Source of the DNA: Azolla caroliniana
Lineage: Eukaryota; Plantae; Polypodiophyta
Assembly (NCBI GenBank): GCA_043228905.1
Contig: JBHGNT010000007.1
Span: 1,922,001-1,986,000, forward strand
DNA: 64,000 bases
Direction: 5' to 3'
Positions 23,157-37,479 of the stretch are shown piece after piece. Every line of letters begins with the position of its first letter. The first letter of the stretch is position 1. A program made the translations under genes and the position numbers. The notes below the pieces were generated by a model that was not told the origin of the DNA, searched no databases, and saw only the letters and a list, made by a program, of their open reading frames with translations.

Positions 23157-26058
23157 ATCCTTCGTTCATTAACATCATCACTCTCTCTCTCTCTCACCAT
23201 GGACATGGATTGCTGTCTATACTTTCCTATGAGGCTTGTCTAAATTAGACAGTTCAAATGGATTATTCAAGGTATTCCATTTTCTGTATATGCAAAATAG
23301 GTTGCATTACAGAAAAATTTAAGATACTCTAGTTATCGGCTGTTCTGATGAATAAGGGATAAGTCTGTTGTCGCCACGCAAAACAAAACATGAACGTATG
23401 ATGATGATTCACAGTGCATATAATGGCATGCATTACTGCGAATCTCAAAAGGTTACACTGCAGATATTGATTGATTGATTCGGAAGATCCACTTAGATTT
23501 AAGCTTTTCTCCTTCCATTTGATTGTCTTGTTTTTTTCTGAGTGGCCAATCAAGAAGAAGAAGAAGAAGAAGAAGAAGTAGGAAGCCCACGGATCTTCAT
23601 ACAGAGATAAACAGAAAGTTTTGCACATGTTTTGTTTCATCTCTTTATATCAATCTAGATTCTAAACATTATTGTACTGTTGTTTTAAGGAGGAGGGGAA
23701 GCATACAGAGAAATGAGCTCAACGTTTTTAGTGAAACTCAATAACGGAGGATGTTGTTGAATTAACTATATATTACTGTCGGACTTTTATACTTCAATTA
23801 ATGGAATCTGCTCGTTGAACTCCTATGCCTCTTCTTGTAGCATCAATAGATGGTGAAATCATTCCTTCTTTGAACATCTCTTAATGTTATTAGGAGTTTT
23901 TGTATCCTTCTGTATACCATTTGTGTTCTTCTATGCTCTCCAAGAAAGCTATGAATGGATATATATATATATATATAAATATGTAATTTCTTTTGCTTAT
24001 ATCATTTGGATCTCCGGTTTCGTTCTCTTTTTATTAGTCCTGATTAAGTAAGCCATCGTGTTTGTCTTCAGAAGGTTGTAATCCAAACCATAGACGCATG
24101 TAATCTTTTGTTTATGATCTGGTCTATGCACGCGCACATACACGCACGCACACATTATTTTGTATGGGCTCTGCTCACCAGGAGTATGCATTCTCTTTTG
24201 TTTTTAGCTAATGTTTATGGTCGATACATCATTCCCTTGTCAGTTCTAAGGTTTCTCCTAACATTACTGTAGACAAAGAAGAACCAACAATGGACGCTAT
24301 CTCAGAATGATTAGCACCATTGTTTTTCGCTGCTCATTGGTCCACTCACATCCATTCCTATGGATCTTTTACTTGACGATAAGAGCCAAGTATCTTGGCT
24401 CAAATAATCCTCTGGGTAGAGGGCATTGTTGGTGATGGTCTTTGCAAAGCCATGGCAGGCTAGGTCAGGTCAGGTCAGGTCAAGAGGATTTTCTCCAAAA
24501 TGGTCAGGATCAAGACATGGGCAATGGCTCAATTGCCATTGATTCGTATTAAGTGTTGAACAATTGCTATCCAATCCAATCCAATGGGGGGAGAAGAGGG
24601 CCAATACCGGAATGAATGTGTGTTGAATAGATAGCTCTTTTTACCTTCAATGCCTTGACTATTCAAAAGGAGAACAACTTTTCTATTTTGTATTTGTAAA
24701 TATAAATAACAGAAAGGCCCTAAAGGACATCCTTCCTTTCCATATGCATTCAAAGGGTTTATTTAGAGCTGCACACATCACATTATATATGTATATATAT
24801 AAATAAATAGTTTTTGTGTGGATCCTTGAAAAAGCTCGCCATGTTTCATTCATATATATCTATTGAGCGTAAAAGGGTATCAAACATCTTAACATAATAT
24901 ATATACTATATAGACTTTTTGGTAAGTTCTAGAATGTGGTAACTTATGAAGTTGAAATACCTACCCTCATATATATACAACTCCGCACTTGTGTATGTCA
25001 CATGCACAGAGAGTAGAGAAATTCAATGATGTCTTCATACAATCAGTGCTGAGAGATCGAACCACAGTAATAGTGTGATGTAGATGAGAATTTTGTACTA
25101 TCATGTAGGCTTGATGGATGTGCAATTTGCCATGTTATGAATGTAAGCCAACTACTTTTAGATGAGGGAAATTAAGGAGCAAGGATTTAACAAACCATTT
25201 ATGAGACAAGAACAAGATTACAATAATACACCAAAGACAAAGAGGTGTGTGCATATCAATGGTCATGTTTAAAACATTTCTTACGTAAGAAAATAATGTG
25301 AAACACATTGCTGCGTATTTGATCAAACTATAGAAAAGCCTAAAAAAACCAGGTTTGCATCTTGAAAATAATGTGAAATAGAAAGAGAGAATATTTCCAA
25401 TTAGTTAAGAGGTTGAATCTTTATTTTCACTTGAGATTGGCAACATTTCAAAGTATCTTCATGAAAGATATAGCTAACTGTGTCATCTACATAATGTGGC
25501 AGATTGAATATCAATTTCCACACATGGAATGATATATCCCAATGAATTAGTAGTGCATTCAGTTGGGGGGTGGTGGTGGTTTGGTTTAGAGAGTAATTGT
25601 AAACCTACAGAGACCTTAAACATTCAACAATATTTTATCTGAAATGCATGCATGCTTATAAAGAGAACATTTTAAAGGCAAATAATGTGACATGAAGGTA
25701 TAAATTAGAACCAAAAAGAGTTGTTTGATTTAATAAATATCATGGATGTCCCATCTCTGTTGACATAATGAATCAAGTGTACAAAAAGTCAATTCTGTTC
25801 AATAACAAACCTTTAGTATACACCTTCAATAAGCTACATGATAAATCATGCCACATGAAGTATATGAGACAAACACTTACCATTTTAACGTCCACATTGA
25901 AACAATGGGAATGACTCAAAACACAAACCAGTTCTATTATTGACAGCTGAATGCTATACAAGAACCATTAACTAAAGATGCAGTATACCTTATCCACAGG
26001 ACTAAGAAAACCTTCTGATAGTATTGTCTTTGTGTATTCCTTTTTCTCTACAAAGAAC

Positions 26059-29000
26059 TTAAGTTGGATAGTCAGAATTGATCCCAAAAATTCTTACTTT
26101 GTGCATGTTAGGAAACTTAGCAATCACTAGAATAAAAACAGCTACTGTGTTTAGAAAGAGCCAGGGACTTCCATAATTTGTTGTGTGGCAAGCGATCAAG
26201 TATCTGTGTAAAATTTCATGAAATAAAAAAAACACATCAGAAATGGATACTTTATATCCAATTAACCTACAGGTGGGGTGGGAATGACACAACATAAAAA
26301 AGAAAACTATATAATTAAAAGCACAAAATGCCCCATTATTTTTACTATACTTTGTGAAATGCCACTATTAAACATTAATACAATCATGATTCAATGATGG
26401 CCTATGCAGCGGTGCGATTTGCGGTAAGCAGTCAGCAATGGTCCAGTGGCAGCCAAAATTGAACCAAGAAATTATGACCTAGTAGATATTGTACAATTGA
26501 ATTTGGTTAAAGCCCCAAAATTTAAAACAGTTCTGCTCAGTTTGAAATTGTAATCCTTTAAAAGTTTATCAAAGCTTGAAAACGTAGCTTAAATGTCTTA
26601 TATGAAAAAAGTCTAGTTTAAGATTTAGAACAACATTGTCGTCTGGTTTTGTTTTAAGTTTCAATTTACTTAAACAGTTTCAGATTGAGACTCCAAAATA
26701 AAAACAAATCATTGTTGCTTGCAAGGTGCAAGCTTGATTGTTAGGTATTTGTTTAAACATTAATGACATTCTTTCTTGGAATTTTATTGTGGCAAAATTG
26801 GGAATGATGGGCGTGTGAGTGCATGGAAGAATGACATAGTGTAGCATTTTAATAAATTGACCTACTTGGAAAATATACTTACAAGACTACAGGCAGAACA
26901 GTAAGAAATTTCCTGTTGCGAGTTAGTTGTCGCCCATTGTCCATTTGTTCCCACCAGGTCAGCTTGTTATATATTCCCTGATCTTCAGCAAAAGGGGTGC
27001 CTTTTTTCCAGTGAAAAGCCCAATATGTAATCTGTGGAATACAATTGCAGTCCAGATAATGATAATTCAATCGTGATCTAAGGGTAAAAATCGAGACTGT
27101 ATTGAAGTTTTTCACATATTTCAGCAAATGCCCCTAAGTTTATTTAATTTTCCCAAATATGCTATACCTTTGTAAATAAATTTTGGTCAATTCATTTTCT
27201 TCCGGCTTGGATCAAGTCCGTTTAGAATAACATAGGAAACTTAACAGACATTTGGGATGACAAAAAAAATCAGTTATTTATGGATTGAGGTCATGTTAGT
27301 CCAGTCATGTGATACATTAAACTTTTAGCAACATATCTTCAAGAGGAACTGATATTCATCATATCTTTATGTAACTAAACGATACTATGCTTCAAAAACA
27401 ATGTTCATCTTAATCACACGGCCTTTATTAGAAACATTGGACCTTGCAATGCATCAGAAATACATGCAATTAATTGGGAAATCTACCCCGAAACGAAGTG
27501 AATATAATAAAGAACTTGGGTGCTCCTGGTAATAGAGGCGATGCTTTCACTACTTGAGAGGGATGGACAAATGGTAGTTTAGGAAATAAAGAACTTGGGT
27601 GTAGCTTTCACCCATATTTAGAAAGAACATTTCATATTCTATCATAGAGTTCAAGAACCCAAAAACAAACACCAGTAAGGACACTAGCATAAAATACTGT
27701 ATCTGTATCCCTGAATAACAGTTTCATGTAATAAAAAATTTCATGTTCCCTAGAATAATTAATCTCCATTGGCAAATGGAAATCCGATAGACCCTTTGCT
27801 TATCCCAAAATTGGGTAAATGTTGGTGCTTGAACAAATGACTCGACATCAGAAAAGTAATTTGTGCACAGTATATATCTACCTATGTAGTTCCATAACGA
27901 TGAAGCCATCAAGGATGGCCATTTTCTTGAGAATTGTAGATATCATGTAAGGCATGCAATGTATGATGTTCTTAAGAAACATACATGTTTGGAAAAGAAT
28001 GTGAGTTACAACCTTCCAAATTATAAATGATCGTACAAGAATCAATAATAGAAAACTAGATGAGTTAATATAAGCATCATATGATCTTAAAAATATAGAT
28101 GTTTATACATGCTATAATGCCTGCAAAGCTATAGATTGAAAACAGAAACAGAACAAAGACACAAACAGAAAATCTGAAGAAATAAAAGAATATTTGTTTG
28201 ATCTCAATTTACTTGGATTCTAGGCTACATACAAAACAAACAGAAATTGAAATTCAGTGATTAAATGAGACGCTTTAAGAGTTTTCACACATAAAACAAG
28301 ACACACGAATAGAAACTTGTAAGAGAACTCAAAACACAGCTGAAAATCCGATCCCAAAATTACCTTTGAGAGAGAGATCAATCGAGATCACTCAAGCACA
28401 GGAATCAGAAACAGAATGAAACGTTTAATACAGAAAGCAGAATCAAAACACAATAATTGCAAGTCGGAGACATTAAAAGAGGCGATCCTTAAAACATAGA
28501 CATGCTTAAAACAGAAAAATGAATGAAGTTACGTGACCTTGAAAAAGAAACGGTAAATAGAACAAAGAATGAGCAGAAAACAGTAGAAAACGGACGCAGG
28601 AATAACAGCAAACATGTAAAAGTGGTGCAGATTAAACAAGACAGAATCAGAAACTAAAAAAGATCAATAATTAAACAAGACAGAATCAGAAACTAAGATA
28701 GATGAATAATTAAACAAGACAGAATCAGAAACTAAAATAGATCAATAATCGGTCGACGTCTTTTCAGAGACGCTGACGGAGTTAATGAGAAAGCAAACAT
28801 TAAAATACAAAGAAAGAAGACAAAGCGAAAAACTCGAGAGAAATATCTGAGAACGTCGACAAAATGCGAACAAACTCGATATAGAGATGGGGATGCGTTC
28901 AAAGATTTTGATGAGGGAGACAAGCAGAGATGGAGGGAAAGAATAAAAACATGAAAGGGGAAGGAGAGTGGATGGACTTACGGAGAAATGGATGAGATGG

Positions 29001-29194
29001 ACGAGTGACCAGGCAGAGCCGGCATTGCAGCGGAATAGGGAGAGGACGATGAGCCATGCGAGGAAGATGAGGAGGATGTAGGAGGTCCACACACCCGGGT
29101 ATTGGAACCATGAGGTGTTCTTATTAAGATCTGGGGGTGGATCTGCCTTCACATACAGCTGCGTCAGGGTTCTCGGCGACAATGGCTCTGCCAT
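26059..29194 (-). CDS. ORM: ORMDL/ORM family regulator of serine palmitoyltransferase, 168 aa, 3 exons (29194-28982, 27031-26883, 26203-26059)
   Basis: Motifs DLNKNTSWF.YPGVW, FHWKKGTPF..DQG.Y..LTWWEQMD, TRNRKFLTV and AKFPNMHKVRIFGIN. GT-AG junctions in phases 0 and 2 join the three track ORF pieces. Confidence 0.95.
28631..28747. repeat. 39-bp tandem repeat x3 in ORMDL intron 1
   Basis: ATTAAACAAGACAGAATCAGAAACTAA... starts at 28631, 28670 and 28709. Confidence 0.9.
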
Positions 29195-29814
29195 TAGAGC
29201 TTGTCTTATCTAACCTTCTTGTGCTTCTGTGCAATTCCGCCTCTGTTTGTATGTATGTATGTATGTATGTATGTATATACCTGTATATTTTTCTAGGGAA
29301 ATGATCGGGAGAGATGATTTATGAGTATACGTTTTCTGTATGTCCGTATGGGTTACATGTACAAATGGCGATGGCAGAAGCTTTAGGGTTTTCGTGAGCA
29401 GAAACGCAGACACAGGAAACGTCGAGAGAGAGAGAGAGAGAGAGAGGATTTGATCCCAAGAAGAAGAAGATGAAGAAGATGAAGAAGAAGAAGAAGAAGG
29501 AAAGAACAGGAGGCCGGTTGGTCCCAAGAAACAGAAGCCGAAGCAGACGCAGACGCAGAAGAAGAAGAAGAATGAGAGAGACAGAGAAAGACAGAGAGAG
29601 GCAAAGAATCATCAGATACATAGATATATATACATGTGTGTCCGTCTATTTCTGCTTATTTACATTTGTAGCTTTTCAATTTCCAAGAGGTGTTTTGATA
29701 TCTATGTATATATTATGTATAGACACATTACATCCTTCAAAATGCATAATATATATATATATATATAGATACCCTTTGGGCTCATTTGCTCTCTCGTCCA
29801 TCCATCGATAGATT

Positions 29815-30115
29815 TGCTCACACGTGAACCGATTGATCGATCATTCTATATGCTCTCACATGGATGGATGGATGGATTGACATGCTTACATGTGGATCAG
29901 TCAATCTATCGACAACATGGATTGATCAATCATTTTATATGCTCCCACATGGATCGATCGATCATTCTATATGCTCTCACATGGATGGATGGATCAACAT
30001 GCTTACATGTGGATCAATCGATGTATCGACAACGTGGATCGATCCATGCTCACACATGGATCGATTCCATATATCTGTCAACAAACACATCAGTAGGTCT
30101 ATCGATCGATCCGTT
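29815..30115. repeat. Diverged ~121-bp tandem repeat (about 2.5 copies) rich in GATCGATC and CACATGGAT, upstream of ORMDL
   Basis: TCATTCTATATGCTCTCACATGGATGG at 29841 and 29962, with recurring sub-motifs. Confidence 0.75.
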
Positions 30116-33100
30116 GTATTTTATATACCGTCCTCGGAGTGTTGAATTATAGATCCACACACATGTAAAGCGAAACGATGTCAGTCACATGGAGACATAA
30201 CATGATCGATTTTATTACACTATCATGGCCTACGAGTCCAACAAGATGAAACGCCGGTTTTAAATTCAAGGACGAAATAGAAGCTCTCACTTGAAGAAGA
30301 AGAAAGATTAAGGTTATGCGTTTTACTTTAGCTTACTTATGATGCCTTTCAAGGACAAGAAAGTCTAGTCTAGGACAAAGACCATCTCTCAAAAGTTTTT
30401 ATGTGCATGGTAGCCTCTCGGTTTAAATAATAGTAGGGTGAAATACTAAAATACTCTTAACGTCAATATATGCATGAGAAAACACCCTATGCATAAGTAA
30501 AACCAAATTTAACGTCAATAGAATTGGGTGGTTTGAAAAGGAACCTAGGTCTTTGAGCAAGAAGATATCAAACTTAGGTTGTTTAAATACACAATTCAAA
30601 CATGAGATTAATATAGTTTTACTAGGGTGTCTTGTGATTCAAATTGGTCTCATTATTTGCCAAAGCAAAATAGTGATATATGTTCTATGACAAGATGCAA
30701 AATGTGAAACTTATAATGACAACAAGTGTGTTAAAGAGATTATTTGGCCTACCAATCCCTGTTAGTTGAAGGCATGTGCTAGGCTTAATGAGGTTTAGAG
30801 CTCTAGTTTCTCTACCCACAAATGGAGTCACTAATTCAAGCAAATTTGGACTTCAATATAACCCATAAGGTGAAAAGGCTCGGTTTGTTTGATGGTTCAC
30901 AAATAGGCTAAAAGGCCTAAAAGGTTCAACTACTCTCTTCTTGATGCCATTTTTTTATAATACATTGTCCTTTCTATGAATTCACCTTTCAACGTAATCA
31001 TGAAACCCATTCTCCATTGTAAAGGAGACAATGTGTTGGGAATTGTCACCATGACCAACCTCTTAAAAATACCCAAGACCATTGACCCAATAAATTATGG
31101 TCACTTTAATGCAACTTTCAAGCAATGCAACTCAATCTTAGTTTGAGTGTAACACCACAAGGTTACGCTTAAGGCAGGTCGTCTATGTTGGAAGTCAATA
31201 AAACACATTGTATCAATGACATCTTGCATCACATTAAGATAGCAACATCTCAATTTGAGTACACAACCAAGTTACCAATGATTTCAGCTTGAACCATGCT
31301 TAACCATTATGGTGAACAACCCAAAACTTATCTTATGCCACATTGCACACTTGTTCTTGAGCCTTTTCCTCTTCTCTCATCTCATTAACCTGGTTATTCT
31401 ATACTCCCATCATTCCTACGTCAAGTAGGTTGGAAAGTGTGTATTGTTTTTGTGGTATGCAAAGAGTCGTATAATTGGACCCAAGTTGTTACTAGAAGTG
31501 GTAATTGCCATCCACCCTCTTCACGCTTGTCACTATCTTTTCTCCCTAATAAAGGCTTTTTGCTCCTCTCAATTTTCTTGATATCAAAGTTGAGGTACAA
31601 ATTTAGATTGAGATTGGTTCATCAACCATCAAACAAGCCAATCTCGCTCTCAATGGAAACAAGCCACCACAAAAAACATTTTGGTTGAGAATTGAGTTTA
31701 GCGGAAAATGGGAACGATAGAGCACACAATAATAAGCCAAAATACAGTTTGGGACATTGCCATGGCAACATCCAACGTACATTCATCACATGTAATTCTC
31801 TATCACCATATATACCATATGCGTGATTTGGCACACATAACCCTATTCCTCCACCTTTCACACATATTATTCACACCCAGTTTGCCATGAATAGCACAAT
31901 GATCACATTCACTTATATTTGTAATATGCTCCTTGGCTTAAATTCTGAACAATTCATCGGTTGTCAAATCCCGGCTCAAAACCTAGTAGAAGCAGTTATT
32001 GGTCTTATTCATATTCAAAAAAATCCTCATAATAGGTGAAACCCAAAATTTGGAGGGTAGAAATTGCTACACATTCTAATTAGAATTAGCAATGACATTT
32101 GTTTCTAGGTCAAGAAAATCAAGATACCATACCAATTCGCCTGCTCACAAGATGTTTTGCCCATGTATTTTAAAGTAGCAACCAAACCTCATCATCCCTT
32201 TCAAAACCTAATAAGAATCACATCATTGCATCTTATCTGAACTCAGATAATAAACAATAAAACATGAGTATTCAATATATAGAAAATATTTCGCAATAGC
32301 TTGAAGATGAAATTCAAGAATTCACTCTTACTGGGAATCGACCATGATTGCAAAACCTATAAGTGGCAAAAACTCACAACAGATGAGCCTAAAAATTTTC
32401 CAGGATTGCATTCCTATTGAATTCAAAAACATAACTGCCAAGTTAAAACAATATCAATTCAAAACCATCTCAAAGAATTCATCCATTGAGTTCTAAAACA
32501 GTTGCAGACCTTAACCCATGAGCAACCAACCATCTGACCGATTCCTGCTGCATTTCGCTTAGTAATAAATATTCTCTAATAATCTTATAACAAATCCTTT
32601 GCTTACACTACCAATTTCATCCACACTTCAATAATATAGGTTTCCAAGGTCATGGTCCCATTTGTATTAGAATTTACTAAACTTCACCTTTAATCTCATC
32701 ATCATACCTCAATATTATTGTCTCATTGCATAAATGCACATTGCATTCCAACAATCCACAAGCATCTTTTTAAACCATAACTGCTACAACTTCAGGATTC
32801 ATTTAGGATTAATAAGCTTTCAGATTTTGCATTTTACCTTATAATCATTGCATCATTGCAGACTCAAACCTTGACTCCACAAGCATCATTAAAAATAAGT
32901 ACTAAAAGTCATGGTCTGTTTTTGATTAATAACACTGTCATCGTCGTCGTTGTAATCATTAACATCTCCATCATACCTTGCACTCACATCTCAGACATGA
33001 ACTCTCAATCAATACTCTTGGACTCGACACAAGCATCTTCTAAAAATAACCACAAAAAAAGTCATGGTCCCTTTTGGATTAATAATAAGCTTTCACATTT

Positions 33101-33229
33101 AATACCGCCATCATCATCATGATTTGCACCTTAAATAATTTGCACCATCAGCAGCATTCATACCTTAAAATCATCCCACCATCATGATTCATAACTAAAA
33201 TCATTCCAACCATCAGCATACCTTAAAAA

Positions 33230-36079
33230 TCAATGCCTCATTTCAGACATGAACTTCTCATACTCTGTTTCCACGACATCGCCTCGTTGTTGCACACCCG
33301 CTGAAGGTGTTGAAGAAGAAGGTGGAGGTGGAGGTGGAGGTGGGGGCACACCATAGTAGTCTTGTGAATATTGAGGAATCTCTTGAGAATATTGGGGAAT
33401 CCCTTGAGAATATTGAGGAATTTCAGGAGAAATTCCATTTGTTAATGTCGGCATCATTCCAGGAACTGGAGGAATATTAGGATTCACATTCATATTCACA
33501 TTTGTGGGCGGTCCTTGAATAGGACCACCCATATAACCTGATGGTGGTGGTTGATTGCCTATAAAACCTGAGGGATAAGGGTATAAAACACCTTGTTGAG
33601 CACCAGGAGGGGGAGGGTTTGCGAAGTAGTTATTACCAGGAGGAGGAGGAGGAGGAGGACCATAGGGATTCGGAGGAGCTTGAGGCATAATACTCCAAGG
33701 GGGAGGTGAACTCATCAGATTGCCAGACATCATAGGTGGTGGCTGTTGGTTGCTATGAGGTGAATATCCAATAGTATTATTGTTTTGGAATGGAGTTGCT
33801 TGAGGAGGAAGCGGGGGAGGGGGCCTTCCGGCAACTCTAACTGCAAGAACTTTCCCATCTAATCTATACCCATTCATATGAGTAACCGCTTGTGCTGCTG
33901 CTCCTGCATCCGAAAATTTAACAAATCCATACCCTTTACTCCACCCCGTGACCCGATCCTTAATCAGCTTGTAATCCTCTATCTTGCCAAACGGCGAGAA
34001 CAAATTGATAAGACCTTGGTCATCTACAGATAGAGGTAGGTAACCGACATATAAGTTGGCCTCATCTATCTCTTTGCTAGGATGAGGTTGGCTCATAGAT
34101 CCTAGTCCAGGTCTAAAAGGTGTTATGGCTGAGGAAGATCCTCCTACTGGTGCATTTGGATTGCTTTGATAAGGTGTTTGCCCTTGAGTCACATTCTGTG
34201 GGTTAGTTGAGCTTGTGATGGCTTTCTGACCACCACCCACCTCAGCTAAAAAGCTAGCATATTCATCATCCATCTTACTAGCACCTGTGGAATTCTTCAC
34301 AGGGCAATCTATAGTAGGGTGGCCTCCATCACCACAAATCCTACATGAAACATCACTTTTGAAAGTAGAGTTTTTTGAAGGACACATGTAGTGACGATGG
34401 CCAGGTTCACCACAGAGGCGGCATATCTCATTCTCACACATGGTGCCATTGAGAGCAGCAAGTTCTCTCAATTGAGCTTTCTTATGCTCGTTTTGTAACT
34501 CATCAACGGGTGACAATAGCTTCTCCACCATGCTCACTGCTTGTTCTAAAGAGGTTGCATTATCTGCTTCCACATAAACATGAAGATCATCATTTTCTCC
34601 ACAATCGGCCCCAAAATCTTTCTTTTGTTGAGATCTACCTTCCTTGATAGATCCTTTCCCTCTTATCACGATCTTTGCGCCTGTCTCTTTTTGCATTCTC
34701 TTTTGAGTATTTCCTCTTGGACCAATAATCAAACCAATAAAATTGTATCCTGGATACTCTTTCATAGGTATATATAGCTTCTTGCTTAGCTTAGGAGGCC
34801 TATAATCAGCTGGGGCCTTGAAAGCAGGGTTTTTCTTTATAAGCTCACAAATCAGCTCTTGTCTCTCTCTTGTCAGCTGTTCTCTGGCTCGATACTCTCT
34901 CGTGTTAATCCTGATACCCATGTTATCATAGATCGGTTCGGGTGATGGAGACCTCATTCCATCTTCTCTCTCTTCAAGAACTTGTCCAGTTTGAAGCCGT
35001 TGGTTTATATCTAAAAGCCTCAAATTCATAGCCTGAACCTCAGGATCAAGATCACCTCCACCAGTGAGATCTTTGAAAAAATCAGGTAACTGAACTTGAC
35101 CTATGATGGGATTAGACTCTTGAGGAGCCCATCGGGATCTTTTCTTGCCTCCTGACTGACCAGATGATTCTTCTTGCGTCTCGGTGGCTTCATTATCACG
35201 AGGCTCCCATCTGCTTCTTCTCTTCTTTTCTGATCCACTTTCAACATATTTTGAACATGCTCTAGGTTCCTCGATTTGAGGGATTGAAGATTCCTCAAGT
35301 GAAACTCCACCAATATCACTACTAATCATACCCTTGCAATCGTTGCCAGGATCTCCACAGATACCTCCACCGTTGCTATCCATGGGGTCTCTGCCAAAAC
35401 CTTCACTGATACCACCATTCATAACCTTGGTATCTTTGCAAAAATCTTCACCAATACAACCACCGATAGCATCTGGACCTTTGCTAGAATCTTTGCCAAT
35501 CCCACCATTACAGGGAGCAATATCAAAAGCTCCATTAGTAAAAGGTTTCTCACTCTCTACGCAAAAGGCTGGGGTAGATTGAGGTTCAGTTGCCAAACCT
35601 GTAACAGATCCATGAAGACCCATCCTATCTATCTGAGAATAGGGATAAGAAACTTCATTTGTCCCACTATTTCCATGCATTTGGTCTTCAGGATTAAACA
35701 CTCCATTTATCCCCAAATTTCCATGTAATTTTTTTTCAGAACAACCAGAATCGAGTCCACTGCTAGACCCCAGAACTTCATGCGTTTTTCTTTCTAGTGA
35801 GCCGGAATCCAACGATCCATTTATCCCCACGTTTTCCTGTAGTTTTCTTTCTGACGAAGAAGAAAGTTTATCGACACAGAAAACCCTCTCAGAGGTCAAA
35901 CTTCCATCCTTCTCTGCATCAAAAGAGAATTGTTTCCCTTCAATTTGCTGAACGCAGAGATTCATCACAGACTCGCTACTCAAAAGAACGTGCGAAGAAG
36001 TACCTGACATATCATCGATCTGTTGTGGCAGAGGAGCTTCTTCCGAAGCTTGGAGGAATCCATAGCCAGCCATGTTCAT
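33230..36079 (-). CDS. SF1: Splicing factor 1 / branchpoint-binding protein, 949 aa, intronless CDS
   Basis: ULM motifs KKRRSRW and KKRSRW, RSPSPEP, KH-QUA2 ([15 protein letters not shown]...IRGKGS...[11 protein letters not shown]), two CCHC knuckles, plant-type RRM ([15 protein letters not shown]), Pro-rich tail and EYEKFMSEM terminus. Confidence 0.96.
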   Translation of the reverse strand: MNMAGYGFLQASEEAPLPQQIDDMSGTSSHVLLSSESVMNLCVQQIEGKQFSFDAEKDGSLTSERVFCVDKLSSSSERKLQENVGINGSLDSGSLERKTHEVLGSSSGLDSGCSEKKLHGNLGINGVFNPEDQMHGNSGTNEVSYPYSQIDRMGLHGSVTGLATEPQSTPAFCVESEKPFTNGAFDIAPCNGGIGKDSSKGPDAIGGCIGEDFCKDTKVMNGGISEGFGRDPMDSNGGGICGDPGNDCKGMISSDIGGVSLEESSIPQIEEPRACSKYVESGSEKKRRSRWEPRDNEATETQEESSGQSGGKKRSRWAPQESNPIIGQVQLPDFFKDLTGGGDLDPEVQAMNLRLLDINQRLQTGQVLEEREDGMRSPSPEPIYDNMGIRINTREYRAREQLTRERQELICELIKKNPAFKAPADYRPPKLSKKLYIPMKEYPGYNFIGLIIGPRGNTQKRMQKETGAKIVIRGKGSIKEGRSQQKKDFGADCGENDDLHVYVEADNATSLEQAVSMVEKLLSPVDELQNEHKKAQLRELAALNGTMCENEICRLCGEPGHRHYMCPSKNSTFKSDVSCRICGDGGHPTIDCPVKNSTGASKMDDEYASFLAEVGGGQKAITSSTNPQNVTQGQTPYQSNPNAPVGGSSSAITPFRPGLGSMSQPHPSKEIDEANLYVGYLPLSVDDQGLINLFSPFGKIEDYKLIKDRVTGWSKGYGFVKFSDAGAAAQAVTHMNGYRLDGKVLAVRVAGRPPPPLPPQATPFQNNNTIGYSPHSNQQPPPMMSGNLMSSPPPWSIMPQAPPNPYGPPPPPPPGNNYFANPPPPGAQQGVLYPYPSGFIGNQPPPSGYMGGPIQGPPTNVNMNVNPNIPPVPGMMPTLTNGISPEIPQYSQGIPQYSQEIPQYSQDYYGVPPPPPPPPPSSSTPSAGVQQRGDVVETEYEKFMSEMRH

Positions 36080-36475
36080 GGGAACCCTAGAAAGCTTCTG
36101 TGAGGAATATACGACAACAGGGAGGTTCTTGAGAGGGAGAGAATGTACATATCACAACACAGAGGGTAGCCCTAAGTGGGTTCTGAGCAGCGAAGGCGGA
36201 GGCTTCGTGAATCGATGATGGGTTCGATCAGATCACACACACCAGAGAAACTCCTGTCTGGTCCATTCAAGCTTTTCTGCTTCTTCTTCTTCTTCTTCTT
36301 CTGGCTTCTTGTTGCAATACTTTATTTTACCCTATCGTTTCTTCTTTGCAGGTCGGTGTTTTAGAAGAATAAAATAAATATCAATAAATCCTAAAAATAA
36401 ATACATAAATATATAAATATATATATATTTATCATAGATATCCCTCCCAAAAGCACCTCCTTGTATAAGCTATCC

Positions 36476-36738
36476 CTCCATATATGAATGAGTCCAATAA
36501 GAAGAAGAAGACGATCTATCTCGTCGTGCCGATAAGGTTGAGCCTTGTCGATAACCCCCTAAACCCTTACAGAAGACTTGATGCTAGATCTCGTGTGCTC
36601 TCTCCTCCATCCATATATGAGTCAAAGAAGAAGAAGAAGAAGAAGATCTATCTGATTGTGTCGTTCAGGTTGAGAGCCTTGTCGATAACCCTTAAACTCT
36701 CTTACATAGAAGAATTGATGCTAGATCTCATGTGCTCT
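36476..36738. repeat. Diverged ~130-bp tandem duplication upstream of SF1
   Basis: Both copies carry ATGAGTC..(AAG)n.GATCTATCT...GAGCCTTGTCGATAACCC...TTGATGCTAGATCTC.TGTGCTCT. Confidence 0.8.
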
Positions 36739-37479
36739 TCTCATATGGTTGTTTCCACTCGAATCATGTCCATAAACACCATTACTACTCACCCACTCGA
36801 CCCCCCCTTTGTCGCTTGTAATGCCACACAGCTTAGATTATCCTTTTTCGGAAAAAAGATTGGTTAAAATCGTATGTGAATTATCACGCCAGTCGTCTAC
36901 CAAAAAAAACAATTTGTTTGAATATCTTTCTCGTAGTTTAGTCTATCATGTTAATCTTTTAGGGAAATAGCTTAACAGACAAACGTGATCAGAGAGCATA
37001 ATAGGATATGTTATTTTATTGGTAAGAGTTGTCCATTACAAAGATAAAGTTTTCGGTATTGGGCCCCCCCTATGAGATAGTGTGGTAGACACACACACAC
37101 ACACACACATGCATCATTTGTTTGACCATCTTCTAGTCTTTCTCTCCACATTCATGTATTGTTTTTTAGCACACTTCATGAGGCTGATGAATCTCTGACA
37201 AATAATGTAATTAAGAGATATTAGATTAGGTTGGTTGGTCGTTGCTATTTCCCGCAATAAGGTGAGTTTCTCATAAAGAAGATATGTTGGTGCCAAAGAG
37301 ATAGAGACATAATAAAGTTACTTATGTTGAAGTCTATATATGTTATAAGCATAAGATTAATGACCCATTCTAAATCGAATTTTGATGGTTTAAGGGTAAG
37401 ATAATTGGGAAATTAGTTTATCATAGGACTAGGGACAAACCCATAAGAACCTACGACATGTGGGAACATGTCATGGTTT

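Noticed and set aside
30780-32060. LINE ORF1/endonuclease remnant; similar weak TE-like decay at 11300-13150 and 16500-19250
   Set aside because: Only vague similarity; no motif I can cite with confidence.
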